62,701 bases of DNA from Octopus bimaculoides (Eukaryota), in assembly GCF_001194135.2 (NCBI RefSeq), contig NC_068998.1:8749509-8812209 (forward strand). Direction: 5' to 3'. Shown here in pieces: positions 1 through 13,716 of this stretch. A program made the position numbers and the translations under genes. The stretch's first letter is position 1. Each line of letters opens with the position of its first letter. The notes beneath the pieces are model-generated. The model was given only the letters and a program-made list of their open reading frames with translations. It did not search any database and was not told the origin of the DNA.

Positions 1-318
1 TTCTCCTGCACTGACAATAGCATTATATTATTTTTTTTTGTATTTATTTTATTCATTGGTTTATTTATTTATATTTTTCTTTTAGTTTATGTGACAAAGA
101 ATTACCTATGGGAACAAGGTGTATCTAAAAAGAAAACGAATGATTATTTGTTATTTTTTGTTTGTTTACTGTTTTGTTTGTTTGGTTTTTCTTTTATGTT
201 TTTGTTTTCTGTTTTTTTCTTTTTTTGGTTCTTTTGAAATACAATTAGGTACGAAGGATTGTGCCATTCAAAAAAATAACAAATGGACAGTATCTGGCGC
301 TGACTGAAGGCAGCGGTA

Positions 319-560
319 ACGATGATGATGATGATGGTGGTGGTGGTGGTGGTGATGGTAGTGGTGGTGGTGATGATGACGATGATGATGGTGATGATGA
401 TGATCATCATGATCATGATAGTGGTGATGGTGGTAGTGGTGGTGGTGGTAGTGGTGGTGGTGGTGGTAGTGGTGGTGGTGGTGGTGGTAGTGGTGAGGGT
501 TTGGGTGATGACGATGATGATGGTGATGATGATCATGATCATGATAATGATGATGATATA
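319..560. repeat. Compound (GAT)n/(GGT)n/(GGTAGT) trinucleotide microsatellite
   Basis: Read directly; it accounts for the poly-D/G/M/V/H/T ORFs in all six frames. Confidence 0.97.
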
Positions 561-884
561 CACATGTATGATACATACATGTGTATATATATATGTATAT
601 GTATGTATGTAGATATGTATGTAAATGATTCATACCTTTATACAAAATCTGTATGTATTTCTGTATTTACGCAATTATGTGTGTGTGTATGTATGTATGT
701 ATCTATGTATGTATATTTATGTATATACTGTGTATGTGTGTATATCTACACGCACTCATACAACATATACATACATACATATTCTTTCAATATCAATATT
801 TTGCAGATATTGATATTAATTTTGTAGAAATTTCATCGTAGAAAAGCTATTAGAATTCGACAAGAATTACATTCTCAGAAGTGT

Positions 885-1118
885 GACGATGATGATTATG
901 AGGTCGACAATGACTACGACGATGACGATGATTGATGATTGATGATGATGATGACAACCACCACAACGAGGACGACGATGTTGATGATGATGATGACGGC
1001 GGTAATGATGAAGATGATGACGACGACGATGATGGTGGTGGTGGTGATGAAGATGATGAGGAGGAGGACCACGACGACGACGACGACGACGATGACAATG
1101 ATGATGACGACGACGGTG
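885..1118. repeat. Degenerate (GAT/GAC)n microsatellite
   Basis: Read directly. Confidence 0.95.
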
Positions 1119-1255
1119 GTCGAAATTAATTTTCTAAAAATGAACATTTAAGCATCTCTGTTTACTTCTTTTTTGTTATTTTTTTGGTTTGTCATTTTCT
1201 TCGAGCAGTACCAAACGGGAGCAGCTAAAACTCAATTTAAATGCTGATTATTTTT

Positions 1256-1287
<32 letters not shown>

Positions 1288-1874
1288 TCTAAATTGATTC
1301 CGTGTCATAAGATAGACGTTTCTATCAGAAATATTAAAAACAACCTTAGCTACACAGCTTTGTTTTTATTGAGTCGCGTTTAACTAAACATCACGATAAC
1401 AATAGTCAATAAAGATAAGAAAAACATTTCGTCTACTTCCGTTTCGTTTTGTTTTGTTTTCATATGTTTTTCTGTGTTTTTCGGGTGAGTCTTTAAGAAA
1501 ATATAAATGGCAGAGACGGTCGCTTCTGTTACCTCACTGACAAAGACTTGGCTTAAATGAATTATACAAATGAGTAATGAGTATGTATTTATAGGGAACA
1601 GAGCAGCTATAATCCAGGCGACATATGTTTCTTAGCTAGCTGATCCTGAGATGTGATAATTGCTCAATGAGCGGTACTCAGCTAAGCTAATCATCAGGCA
1701 GGGAATGCTTTGCAGCTTACAAAGCTACCTACACTTGGATCTCTGAATCTTAGCCTTATATATCTTTTTGTGTGTGAGCGTGTATGTGTGTGGGTGTATG
1801 TGTGCGTGTGCGTGCACGTGTGTGCACGTGTGTGCACGTGTATCTGTTATACACTCGAATTGCTTGTATAGGAG

Positions 1875-2100
1875 GACGTAAACACACCAGCATCGGTTGT
1901 CAAGCGATGTTAGGGGGGACAAACACAGACACACAAACATATACATACATGCATATAGATATAGATATATATATATACGACGGGCTTCTTTCAGTTTCCG
2001 TCTACCAAATCCACTTGCCCAAAGTGCCACGCATTGGGACTGAACCAGGAACCATGCGGTTCGCAAGCAAGCTACTTACCACGTAGCCACTCTTGCGCCT
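1875..2100 (-). mobile_element. tRNA-headed SINE, family B (internally deleted copy)
   Basis: Reverse complement reads GGCGCAAGAGTGGCTACGTGGTAAGTAGCTTGC...GGTTCAGTCCCA (A/B-box-like), then GGATTTGGTAGACGGAAACTGAAAGAAGCCCGTCG, a TA/TG microsatellite and TTGACAACCGATGCTGGTGTGTTTACGT. Same blocks occur at 13073 and 17897. Confidence 0.88.
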
Positions 2101-2204
2101 ACATATATATATATATATGTGTGTGCGGGTATATATGTTTGTATGTATGTATAGGGAGAGAGAGAAGGGAGAAGTATGTCTCTCTCTATCTCTCTCTCTC
2201 TCTC

Positions 2205-2240
<36 letters not shown>

Positions 2241-3241
2241 CTGAACTAGATAGATGAGTTGTTTTGTCAGTTCAACTGTTCTGTTCTAGTTATCTAGGGG
2301 TGAATAGTTCAACTATCAAGATCAGTTTAAGCAGACAATAAAGTATCTTGGTGAAACAGATTGGCAAGGTTTTAATTGAAAACAAATTGTATATGTTGTG
2401 TAAGCATGTTGTTTGTGACGTATAAATCTTTTCTTTTTATGGCTTTCTCGTGCAAATTGAAGTAGTTAATAGAACAAGCATTATCAAACGCCAAGGATTA
2501 GAGTTACATTATTTTGATTAATACTTCTTTTATTCTATAGAGATAAATAATTACAATTGCTAAATATATATCAGGAATAATCTCCCTTTGTTTACTCTTA
2601 ATGACGAAGCCACGGTAATGTAATGATAAACATTTTCTAGATGTTTTGTTGTTTTTCTTTTTTCTCTCTAAAGATAACTTGTGAAGCGATGACGGGAATA
2701 AAATTCTTTAACTAATTCATCGAAGTAGTCTAAGAAAAAGGTTTAGAAAAATAGAGAACAATGTCGCGTCTATTACGTTAGTGTCAGAGGCATTTCACCC
2801 CAATGAGACACTCATGGTTGTGAGTGACATAGCATCGTGAGAACGGCGTGAAAGTCACTAAAATACGTGGAAAAATTGTGGGTTTTATAACGTTCATTGG
2901 AAATTTCTAGAAGCGTCCAGAAACAATGTTTTGGAATAATTTTCGGTCACAAACCAAAGCGGATTCGGCTACTGTATTTTTCATCCAATGAAATGAGTCC
3001 TTTCAAATTAAGTTTGCTTTACTCACAAATTACCGCCAGAAGAACTTTCTTACAAACTAATTCTGGTTTATTTTCATTCAATAAAACTTGTGTGTGCGTG
3101 CGTGCGTGTGTATGCATGAATGAATGCATCTATGTATGTATGTGTACGAAAACCCTACTTTTTCCCGCCGAGTACTTATATGCTCCAATATTAGATTATT
3201 TTCTTTAGTCATTGCACGGTGATCACTTATAAGACATTAAA

Positions 3242-3366
<125 letters not shown>

Positions 3367-4058
3367 CTGTGTATTTATACACAGCACAGCTTAGCCTTGT
3401 CACCCCGCAGTTAACTTAGTTGAACTGCCGAATAGCACTACCAGTCATTGAAAGATGACGGGAATATCACGAGGCATTTACGATCTTTTATGCCTGCTCG
3501 CAGCGCCGTCTTATCCGGTTTCTGTGGGTGAAGAAAAGATAACTAATCCGAAATTGAGGTGGAGCTGCGTGATGACTCGTTGTATTTACACCCATTTGTT
3601 GACAACGAGAATTTTCTACATGAGAAAACACGATAAATGGCTTTCATACGGGCCCGACTGGGCCTAAGGCAGATTTGAACCGGTAACATGTCCATATAAA
3701 TATGTATGCATGCACATGATACAGACACAAATAAACTTAAGTGCAGTGCAGTAATGCAAAAGATACTTTGAGCTGCTCCCAATCTTTCCATTGGCTGACA
3801 CAACGTCATAGATCTCTCGTAAAAGCAGATCTGATCAACTGATCAACTTTCAATTCACCAACGACTTACAAATAATAACTTTCCTGTTGGAATTATTCTA
3901 CCTTGACTAAACAATTATTCAACCAGAGAGATGCATTTCTTTCAGCGATGACAGATATTCATCTATCTATCTATCTATATATCTATCCATCTATCTATCT
4001 GTTTGTCTGTCTATCTATCGATCTCTTTATTTTCTCTCTCTCTCTCTCTCTCTCTATT

Positions 4059-4089
<31 letters not shown>

Positions 4090-4267
4090 CTATCTATCAA
4101 TCTAGCTATCTATTTATCTGTCTCTATGTCTATATATATGTGTATGTGTGTCTTTGTGTATATGCATGTATGTATGTATGTATGTATATGTAAATACATG
4201 AGTTTATATGAATATATTTATACGTGTGGGGGTGCATATATATAGATATATATATATAAACACATAA

Positions 4268-4304
<37 letters not shown>

Positions 4305-4359
4305 CGTGTATGTATATATACATACATATATATATCATGTATATATAGATACATACACA

Positions 4360-4398
<39 letters not shown>

Positions 4399-4498
4399 NN
4401 NNNNNNNNNNNNNNNNNNNNNNNNNNNNNNNNNNNNNNNNNNNNNNNNNNNNNNNNNNNNNNNNNNNNNNNNNNNNNNNNNNNNNNNNNNNNNNNNNN

Positions 4499-4690
4499 TT
4501 CAGTCATTTGACTGTGGCCATGCTGGGGCACCACCTTTAGTCAAACAACTCGTCCCCAGGGCCCACTCTTCGATAGCCCAGCACTTATTCTATCGTTCAC
4601 ATTTGCCAAACCGCTAAGTTACGGGGACGTATACACGCCAACATCGGCTGTCAAGCGATTGAGGGTGGGGGACAAACACACACATACACA
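4499..4690 (-). mobile_element. SINE family B, 3' half
   Basis: Matches the 3' halves at 13310-13490 and 18115-18290 (CGTCCCCGTAACTTAGCGG...CAGCATGGCCACAGTCAAATGACTGAA). Confidence 0.85.
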
Positions 4691-4704
4691 CACACACACA
4701 CACA

Positions 4705-5135
4705 AAGTGACACTGGGGTACAAGTATATGAAGTCCATTATACCCATCATGATTACCCGTCTGATAAGGGTACACCAGGCACATGTATCACAACCATATG
4801 TGCCTGACATGGTGATCGCATATCAAGATAAACAGCGCATGGCCTTGCAGGTGGGGTCTAGTTAGAATTTTCTTCAGGTCGATTAGCCCATCCCGCTGAA
4901 AAGATCCCTGAATAAGGTTTGTTTAAGGATGATTAAAGAACCACCCATGTTTCAAACTCCAAAGAACTCCTCTCAGCACATGGCTATGATGCTCCCCCAC
5001 TACTCCTGCTCGTGATCAGAGATGCACATATCGTCAGTCAGCCACCAAGGTACATACATGCTCAACTGGTTAAGCTCCAGTAACTGACCAACAAATCTGT
5101 GGTATTGAGCAGAATATTTGCTGTAGCTCATCTTT
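4705..5135. mobile_element. Probable unclassified interspersed repeat
   Basis: Non-coding block of raised GC wedged between two SINEs. No second copy in the window and no protein motif found, so this is inference only. Confidence 0.3.
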
Positions 5136-5237
5136 CACACCATGATAAAATATATACATGAGAGCACTTCCTATCAGTTAAGATCAAAGCGATGAAAACC
5201 ACTGCCTGGTATTGCATCAGAGCATTTATTATTATTA

Positions 5238-5282
<45 letters not shown>

Positions 5283-5314
5283 TCATTATTATTATTATTA
5301 TTCTCATTATTGAA

Positions 5315-5530
5315 GGCGGTGAGCTGGCAGAATTGTTTGCTCGCTGGACGAAATGCATAGCAGTATTTCACCCGTCACTACGTTTTGAGTTCAAATTCCG
5401 CCGAGGTTGACTTTGCCTTTCATGCTTTCGAGGTCAACAAATTAAGTACCAGTGAAACATCGAGGTCGATGTAATCAACTAGTCTCCCTCCCCACAAATC
5501 TGAGGTCTTGTGTCTCCAGTAGAAAGGGTT
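5315..5530 (+). mobile_element. tRNA-headed SINE, family A
   Basis: GGCGGTGAGCTGGCAGAAT head, B-box GAGTTCAAATTCC, body GAGGTTGACTTTGCCTTTCAT...GGTCGATGTAATC, (ATT)n tail. More than 15 related copies in the window. Confidence 0.92.
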
Positions 5531-6108
5531 ATTATTATTAGTAGTAGTAGTCGTATTATTATCATCATCATCATCATCATCAAAGAAATTACCATAACAA
5601 TTGACCATCAAAATGCTTTAAATTTTACATGCTTTAACGCACTAAACGCTTTTTCTTTCCTCGATATGCACTGCTGAAACTGGAGTGCATGCAAGCAAGC
5701 CACAGGTGGAAGCCATAACTGATAAAACAACACAAAAAAGAGGACATACCCAAATATAAATAGCAAAAAAAAAAACAACGGAAAGAAAATACATTTGAAA
5801 ATATAGAAGTAAAAACATATAAATCACGTGTTCAAAGCTCAGGTATGAGAGAGAAAACACATAAAATACATATTCAAATCCAGATATAAAAGGCACATAA
5901 AAAAAGCACGTTGCACAATACAGATTTAAATACAGGTAGAAAAGAGACAAGCACAAAAGAAAGATACAAAAACACAAGTGCAAAATATATAACGATAAAA
6001 CACAGGTAGAAAGCGCCGATCGTCCTCTTACTCCTGTGGGTCTCTCAAAAGGAGAGAGAGGAAAACGAAACATATACACATATGCATACACATACTACAC
6101 GTATATAC

Positions 6109-6179
<71 letters not shown>

Positions 6180-6319
6180 CGTGTGTTTGTGTGTGTGTGT
6201 AAATATAGATACATACATACATACACAGCCACATATATATATCCATACATACATGTTTAGGTATATATATGTATATGCGTGTATACATATAAATACAAAG
6301 ATATAGATATATGCATATA

Positions 6320-6352
<33 letters not shown>

Positions 6353-6557
6353 ACATGTGTATATATGCTTAAATGCTTAGATATATGTATAATATATACA
6401 TATGTATATATACGTTTATATTTATATATACATTTAATATATACATATATATATATATGCATATCTATATATATATATGTACATATCTATATATATATAT
6501 GTACATATCTATATATATATATATATATACATATCTATATATATATATACATATCTA

Positions 6558-6589
<32 letters not shown>

Positions 6590-8319
6590 NNNNNNNNNNN
6601 NNNNNNNNNNNNNNNNNNNNNNNNNNNNNNNNNNNNNNNNNNNNNNNNNNNNNNNNNNNNNNNNNNNNNNNNNNNNNNNNNNNNNNNNNNNNNNNNNNNN
6701 NNNNNNNNNNNNNNNNNNNNNNNNNNNNNNNNNNNNNNNNNNNNNNNNNNNNNNNNNNNNNNNNNNNNNNNNNNNNNNNNNNNNNNNNNNNNNNNNNNNN
6801 NNNNNNNNNNNNNNNNNNNNNNNNNNNNNNNNNNNNNNNNNNNNNNNNNNNNNNNNNNNNNNNNNNNNNNNNNNNNNNNNNNNNNNNNNNNNNNNNNNNN
6901 NNNNNNNNNNNNNNNNNNNNNNNNNNNNNNNNNNNNNNNNNNNNNNNNNNNNNNNNNNNNNNNNNNNNNNNNNNNNNNNNNNNNNNNNNNNNNNNNNNNN
7001 NNNNNNNNNNNNNNNNNNNNNNNNNNNNNNNNNNNNNNNNNNNNNNNNNNNNNNNNNNNNNNNNNNNNNNNNNNNNNNNNNNNNNNNNNNNNNNNNNNNN
7101 NNNNNNNNNNNNNNNNNNNNNNNNNNNNNNNNNNNNNNNNNNNNNNNNNNNNNNNNNNNNNNNNNNNNNNNNNNNNNNNNNNNNNNNNNNNNNNNNNNNN
7201 NNNNNNNNNNNNNNNNNNNNNNNNNNNNNNNNNNNNNNNNNNNNNNNNNNNNNNNNNNNNNNNNNNNNNNNNNNNNNNNNNNNNNNNNNNNNNNNNNNNN
7301 NNNNNNNNNNNNNNNNNNNNNNNNNNNNNNNNNNNNNNNNNNNNNNNNNNNNNNNNNNNNNNNNNNNNNNNNNNNNNNNNNNNNNNNNNNNNNNNNNNNN
7401 NNNNNNNNNNNNNNNNNNNNNNNNNNNNNNNNNNNNNNNNNNNNNNNNNNNNNNNNNNNNNNNNNNNNNNNNNNNNNNNNNNNNNNNNNNNNNNTTTAGG
7501 TATATATATGTATATGCGTGTATACATATAAATACAAAGATATAGATATATGCATATATATATATATGTATGTATGTATATATACATATATACGTATATA
7601 TATATGTATGCATATATATATACATACATATGTATACATGTATACATATATATATGTATATATGTGTACATATATATATATACTTATACATATAGGTATA
7701 TACGTATACATATATACACGCACACAAACATTATATATATATATATGTGTGTGTGCATGTGTGTGTGTACCGGAATCTCTTGTATGACAATGCATTTGCT
7801 CTACAAAGACAAATATATAATAAATAAATAAATAAATGACTAAATAAATAAATACAAAAATTCATTGAAAATGAGCCTGTAAGTATAAACAATTACATAC
7901 ATCCCGACACACCTTGTTTTCTAAATGTTTTAACTGCGATATTTATACATTAAACAGGTTCCAACATTTATTCTCTGTTGCATGACAAGGTAGTTGTATA
8001 CGTGTAAGTACATTATAATCTATGGTAGTTACCAGAACGAAGTTGACGTTAAAGAAAAAAACGTATTTAACAAAACAAAAAAAGATTTAGTGCAAATTTG
8101 CAAGGTCACGAGTAAGTAGATATACACGGGTTTTCAGTTACACAACAATCTCATTATGCGCATGCCCAGTACTGGTTATGAAGCTTCGTATACCATATTT
8201 GAAATACGGTGAAACTGGTGATGTATAAACCTGATATATATATATATATACATGTATATATATAATCTGTTCTGTGGAGCTTCTTCTAGGTCGCTGGGTT
8301 AAGTAAAAGGAGCATTAAA

Positions 8320-8365
8320 TTGGCCTTAAATGACACCCTACTACTTTAAAAAAAGGGTACACTAA
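8320..8365 (+). mobile_element. Dispersed repeat family D core (degenerate)
   Basis: AAATTGGCCTTAAATGACACCCTACTACTTTAAAAAAAGG resembles segments at 13575-13630 (-), 24140-24195, 24325-24400 and 62415-62465 (-). Confidence 0.5.
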
Positions 8366-8474
8366 AATGTTCCTCCCTAGATATATGTCAAAAGATTTTG
8401 GATTTTTTCAAATGTATTACCAAAGCTAACCTGTTACTAAGCTTCACATAAATCGATTACATTAACCACTGTGC

Positions 8475-8612
8475 TAAACTGGTACTTATGTTATCGACCA
8501 CAGAATGTAAAGTTGACCTCGATGGAATTATAACTAAGAACAGCTAAGTTACGGGAACGTAAACACACCAGCATCGATTGTCAAGCAATGTTGTGAGGCA
8601 AACACAGGCACA
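8475..8612 (-). mobile_element. Abutting SINE A fragment and SINE B 3' fragment
   Basis: AACTGGTACTTA..TCGACC..AAAGTTGACCTCG (A) runs directly into CTAAGTTACGGGAACGTAAACACACCAGCATCGATTGTCAAGC (B). Confidence 0.7.
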
Positions 8613-8637
8613 CAAATATATACATCTATATATATAT

Positions 8638-8697
<60 letters not shown>

Positions 8698-10990
8698 GAA
8701 ATTGACCATCATAAAACTTAAATATATATCTATTTAATGAAACTTTCACCTCCACCGAATTTTTGGGTTCCGGTTGACTGAATCAAATTACATACATACA
8801 TACACACTCATACATGCATATATGTACATACATATCAGATGTATACACATATACATTATGGAAAACGCTGTCTATTATAAAAACTATCAAGGGAAAATAC
8901 AGCCAAATAACCTAAGTGAATTTCTCGACGGGAGATGTTTTGTGGTATCGTCATTAACATAAATATATTGAGAATAACTAATGTCGAAGAAAGACGAAAC
9001 ATAGCTTTAAATAAAAAGAAATCTGAACGAGTAATACTATAAATGATGTCATTTAGGCGAGAGTTACCTGGGATCATTATGAGGAGATTTGATATCAGGG
9101 ATAATATTTTCCCAACTCATGGGTTTATATGATAAATTAAGTAAAAAGCACAATCATAATTGCGAGGTTAAGTCGCGAGGCTATTGGTTCCGTGACCACA
9201 CGAGCCTAGTTTGAAGCATTAGAAGAACATTTGAAATACAGAGCCCTGTTGTGTAGGGCTGTAGATCAAATGCATAACTGTGCGTGAAAGTGATGACTTC
9301 TCTGCCTTTCTTTTTCATTGATACAATGGTCGGTGCTTCTCAGAGCTTCTAATCAGTTACACCCGGAGGTTTGTCGATGACGTAACAATATGTACGGAAC
9401 GAAGAGGCAACGAAAGCTTCTGACGATTCTCGAAGCCGATGCGACTGATGCAGCAAATGCTCTCCTTGCAAGTTGGGAGTGAAATTCCTCACGTTTAACA
9501 CTCTGAGAAAACGAGGATTGGGTGTAGTATATAGTATAGTTACTATAAGTTGAAGGTAGGCTAAATATTGCTCCACCATCACAATGTTCTTTTGTTACAT
9601 TGTGCCCTACCCTTATCTTATCATATTTACTACATTTCTTTTGATACATTTGCATTTTTTTATTACATTACGTCTCATGTAACACATAGCTCCACGTTTA
9701 TGGAGCCTTTGTTAACGCTGATGATACAATTTATAAACGTCTCAGAGTAAAATCTCTCTAAATTTTGCATATTTATCCTCATAATCCTCAACTCCATTTC
9801 TATAAATCTTTGTTGCTTATCCAGTAGATTAAACACATCAAAGCCAATCTCCGACATCTAATCTGCTGCATATATTAGTGAAAGTTATAAGAATTAACTC
9901 GTGTAAATAGATTTCTAGGACTCACTACATACACGGTAAATATTCACTGAAAGTAAAACCGAGTAATGAATAGAAAACTGTGTGAAAACCACCGCATCAT
10001 ATGGCTGCATCAAAATTCTGATTCCAAATCAGATGAAATGATTGCGATCATTTTTTTTTTTTAATGTTTCTATTTCTTTTTCTTTAATAAATTGTTACGT
10101 CGAAAAGAAAGTAACATATTTCCTGTAACCAGCACTCGCTACAGGAAACGAAACCACAACCAAGATCAATATCTTCACACATGTGATTATTCACGTGAAT
10201 ATTTTAAATGGCTGACATTTACATATAAAACTTCATATAACAGTAGATGGCTGCCTTGCATTTTATATCTTTCATGCAAGGNNNNNNNNNNNNNNNNNNN
10301 NNNNNNNNNNNNNNNNNNNNNNNNNNNNNNNNNNNNNNNNNNNNNNNNNNNNNNNNNNNNNNNNNNNNNNNNNNNNNNNNNNNNNNNNNNNNNNNNNNNN
10401 NNNNNNNNNNNNNNNNNNNNNNNNNNNNNNNNNNNNNNNNNNNNNNNNNNNNNNNNNNNNNNNNNNNNNNNNNNNNNNNNNNNNNNNNNNNNNNNNNNNN
10501 NNNNNNNNNNNNNNNNNNNNNNNNNNNNNNNNNNNNNNNNNNNNNNNNNNNNNNNNNNNNNNNNNNNNNNNNNNNNNNNNNNNNNNNNNNNNNNNNNNNN
10601 NNNNNNNNNNNNNNNNNNNNNNNNNNNNNNNNNNNNNNNNNNNNNNNNNNNNNNNNNNNNNNNNNNNNNNNNNNNNNNNNNNNNNNNNNNNNNNNNNNNN
10701 NNNNNNNNNNNNNNNNNNNNNNNNNNNNNNNNNNNNNNNNNNNNNNNNNNNNNNNNNNNNNNNNNNNNNNNNNNNNNNNNNNNNNNNNNNNNNNNNNNNN
10801 NNNNNNNNNNNNNNNNNNNNNNNNNNNNNNNNNNNNNNNNNNNNNNNNNNNNNNNNNNNNNNNNNNNNNNNNNNNNNNNNNNNNNNNNNNNNNNNNNNNN
10901 NNNNNNNNNNNNNNNNNNNNNNNNNNNGCATATATATATATATATATATGCATATATATATATGTGCATATATATATATATATATGTGCA

Positions 10991-11027
<37 letters not shown>

Positions 11028-11814
11028 TAGACTTTATCCAGCGGTTTGCCACCTCATCATTCTGTCTTCAATGAAGCCGTTTAACGGATCTCTTAAACCA
11101 TATAACTACACAATAAACACATTCAAGAACTGAGCTTATGGATTCTCAAGAGGACAAAAATAAAATAAAATAAGATAAAAATAAAATAGAATGAAATAAA
11201 ACATAATAAAAGATACATAATAAACAAAAATGAATTTACCGAAAGATGATGAGGTTTCTGGAATCACCAAGAAATATGAAGGAATGAAGCAGGTTTTTAT
11301 GATAAATAGTAATAGTATTTCAAACAGGCTCTATGGTGGTGAGAGAAATGCCATTTGACTGCTGTAAAAGAATCTATTGTAGCTTTGATTGCCTCCAGCC
11401 TTAGCAACCGTATTGATTTTTGTTTATTACACATCGGTTTGTTAACTAACATGATGATGGTAAAATTTTGTCATGGTACCTTACTGGAAATAACAATAGA
11501 CATCATCCACTCACTTTCCCTGAGCATTCATTCTCATGCTCACATTCATACAGCGTCATTTTCCGGGAATAACAGATATTTTGGTTGAAGATTATTTTGT
11601 TGTTTTTTTTGTTTGCTTGTTTTGTTGTAGGTTTAGTGGGGGTGTTTTGTTTTGTTTTCTCTTTCTCAGCAGTTTTCATTGTTGTTGTTGCTTCTATGTC
11701 TTTCATTTCCTTTCTTGTTTTTTTTTTTTGTTTTGTTTTTTTGTCTTTTCCTTTTGGCTTTTGTTTGCTTCTAACACGATCTGAAACTGGGTTGGCTAAT
11801 AGAGAAGGTGAGAA

Positions 11815-12345
11815 TTGAAAACGAAAAGTAAAAGAACGGGCCTTTGTGTGTACAAGTGTGTATGTGTGTGCGTATGGCTGTGTGCTCCATGTGTGTGTAT
11901 CTGTATGCATGTATATGTATACCTCCCTATGTGTGTTGTGTGTATGTGTTCTTATGTGTGTGCGATTTTGAGTGTGTGCACCTCTATGTGTGTGTGTGTG
12001 TGTGTGTGCCCTTGTATGCGTAACCTTGCATGTCTGTATGCGTGCGTGTGTGTATACGTACGCGCTCTTGCGCATTTGTGTGTGTATGTGTATGTGTGTT
12101 CCCCTACATGTACGTCCCTGTGTATGTGTATATGTGCATCTGCGCGTTTCAATGGATTCGGTCGTGTGTGTGTATGTATATCATTGTTTGTGTATGTCGT
12201 TGTATGTGTATGTGGTTGTGTGTGTGTTTGTATGTACGTGTATGTTCTTGTGTGCGTATGTGACCCTATGTTAGTATACTTTTGTGTGCGTCTATCTGAG
12301 TTTGTGTATGTGTGTATATGTGTGTGTATGTGTATGTGTATTCTG
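11815..12345. repeat. Degenerate (GT/GTAT)n tract, about 530 bp
   Basis: Read directly. Confidence 0.9.
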
Positions 12346-12797
12346 TGGTTGCAGCTAAAATATGAAGAATAAAGTCACGTTGACATTCACAGAACATTTA
12401 GCTTGATAGAACTATAGAGGGAACAATACAATCCATTTGATCACCAATAGCTATGTTTAGGAACCAACCAAATTTATAATTTCATGATTAATATCAATAA
12501 ACCAACTGCAGCCACTTCAATACCTCTCAAGGGTCATTTTTGGTCACCTACCTGCGTGGAGTAAATTGAGATTATAAACTTGTCAGAACTTAACTCACCA
12601 GTTAAATAGCAAGCAATTATAAATAGGTTTATTCAAACCCCTGAAGAGAAAACTTGCGTTGAATCGCAAGTTTTCGCTTCCGCATTTTACCGCTTGCAGT
12701 TCGTATATACGTTTAATGCTATTGGGTAAGGCATGGTTGTTACAAAGTCACGTGTCATTTTTTTTCCTTTCTTTTATTTTTTCTTTAAGATATATTC

Positions 12798-13010
12798 TTT
12801 TCTACTCCAGGAACAAGGCCCGAAATTTTGGTGGGGACGGGGCTAGTCGATTAGATCGACCTCAGTTCGAAACTGGTACTTAATGTATCGACGCCGAAAG
12901 GATGAAAGGCAAAGTCGACATCGGTGGAATTTGGACTCAGAGCGTAACGGCAGACGAAATACCGCTAAGCATTTTGTCCGGCGTGCTAACGATTCGGCCA
13001 GCTCGCAGCC
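12798..13010 (-). mobile_element. SINE family A, full length
   Basis: Head, B-box variant (GAGTCCAAATTCC), body and tail all present on the minus strand. Confidence 0.92.
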
Positions 13011-13072
13011 TTCATGTCCATTAATTAATTTTAAAAAAATAATAAATGGATTATTATATTTAAAAAAAAACT

Positions 13073-13500
13073 CGTGGCTATGAGGTAAGTAGCTTCCTTA
13101 CCAACCACATGGTTCTGTGTTCAGTCCCACTGAGTGGCACCTCGGGCAAGTGTCTTCTACTGTAGCTTCGAGTGGACCAAAACCTTGTGAGTGGATTTGG
13201 TAGACGGAAACTGAAAGAAGCCCGTCGTATATATATATATGTGTGTGTGTGTGTGTATGTGTGTGTGTGTGTATGTGTGTGTGTGTGTGTATGTTTGTGT
13301 GCTTGTGTTTGTCCCCCACCTCTCATCGCTTGACAACCGATATTGGTGTGTGTACGCCCCATAACTTAGCTGTTCGGCCAGACAGACCGTTAAAATAAAT
13401 ACTCGGCTTACAAAGAATAAGTGCTGGGGTCGATTTGTCCGGCTAAAGGTGGTGCTACAGCATGGCCGCAGTCAAATGACTGAAACCTAATAGAAGAATA
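13073..13500 (+). mobile_element. SINE family B, near full length, with internal TA/TG microsatellite
   Basis: CGTGGCTATGAGGTAAGTAGC...GTTCAGTCCCA head; microsatellite about 13228-13305; 3' end CATGGCCGCAGTCAAATGACTGAAAC. Confidence 0.92.
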
Positions 13501-13716
13501 GAAGAATAATTAGGGTATAAAGCGATATATTTGAGTTTCGCAAACAGGAAACGTCAGGTCAAGCGCGAACCATTCTCTCCACTTTGACTTTTAGGGTATT
13601 ATTTGAAGGAAATTTGCTCGTTACTTCAGTATTCCTGATATAATATGGGACCACATAATTGCGCTCGATTCCCCCCCCCATCTCTCTCTCTCTCTCCTTC
13701 TCTCACACTTCCTCCT

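Noticed and set aside
87-315. Possible micro-exons 87-119 and 249-315 (LCDKELPMGTRYEGLC..., or VRRIVPFKKITNGQYLALTEG, faintly like iGluR RYEGYC or RyR GQYLALTED)
   Set aside because: Matches are only 4-8 residues, the donors are weak, the joined frame stops at once, and no further exons support either family.
9358-9390. YTRRFVDDVTI, resembling a Penelope RT RYVDD motif
   Set aside because: No upstream QxxGxxMGS motif and a stop 13 codons later; chance cannot be excluded.
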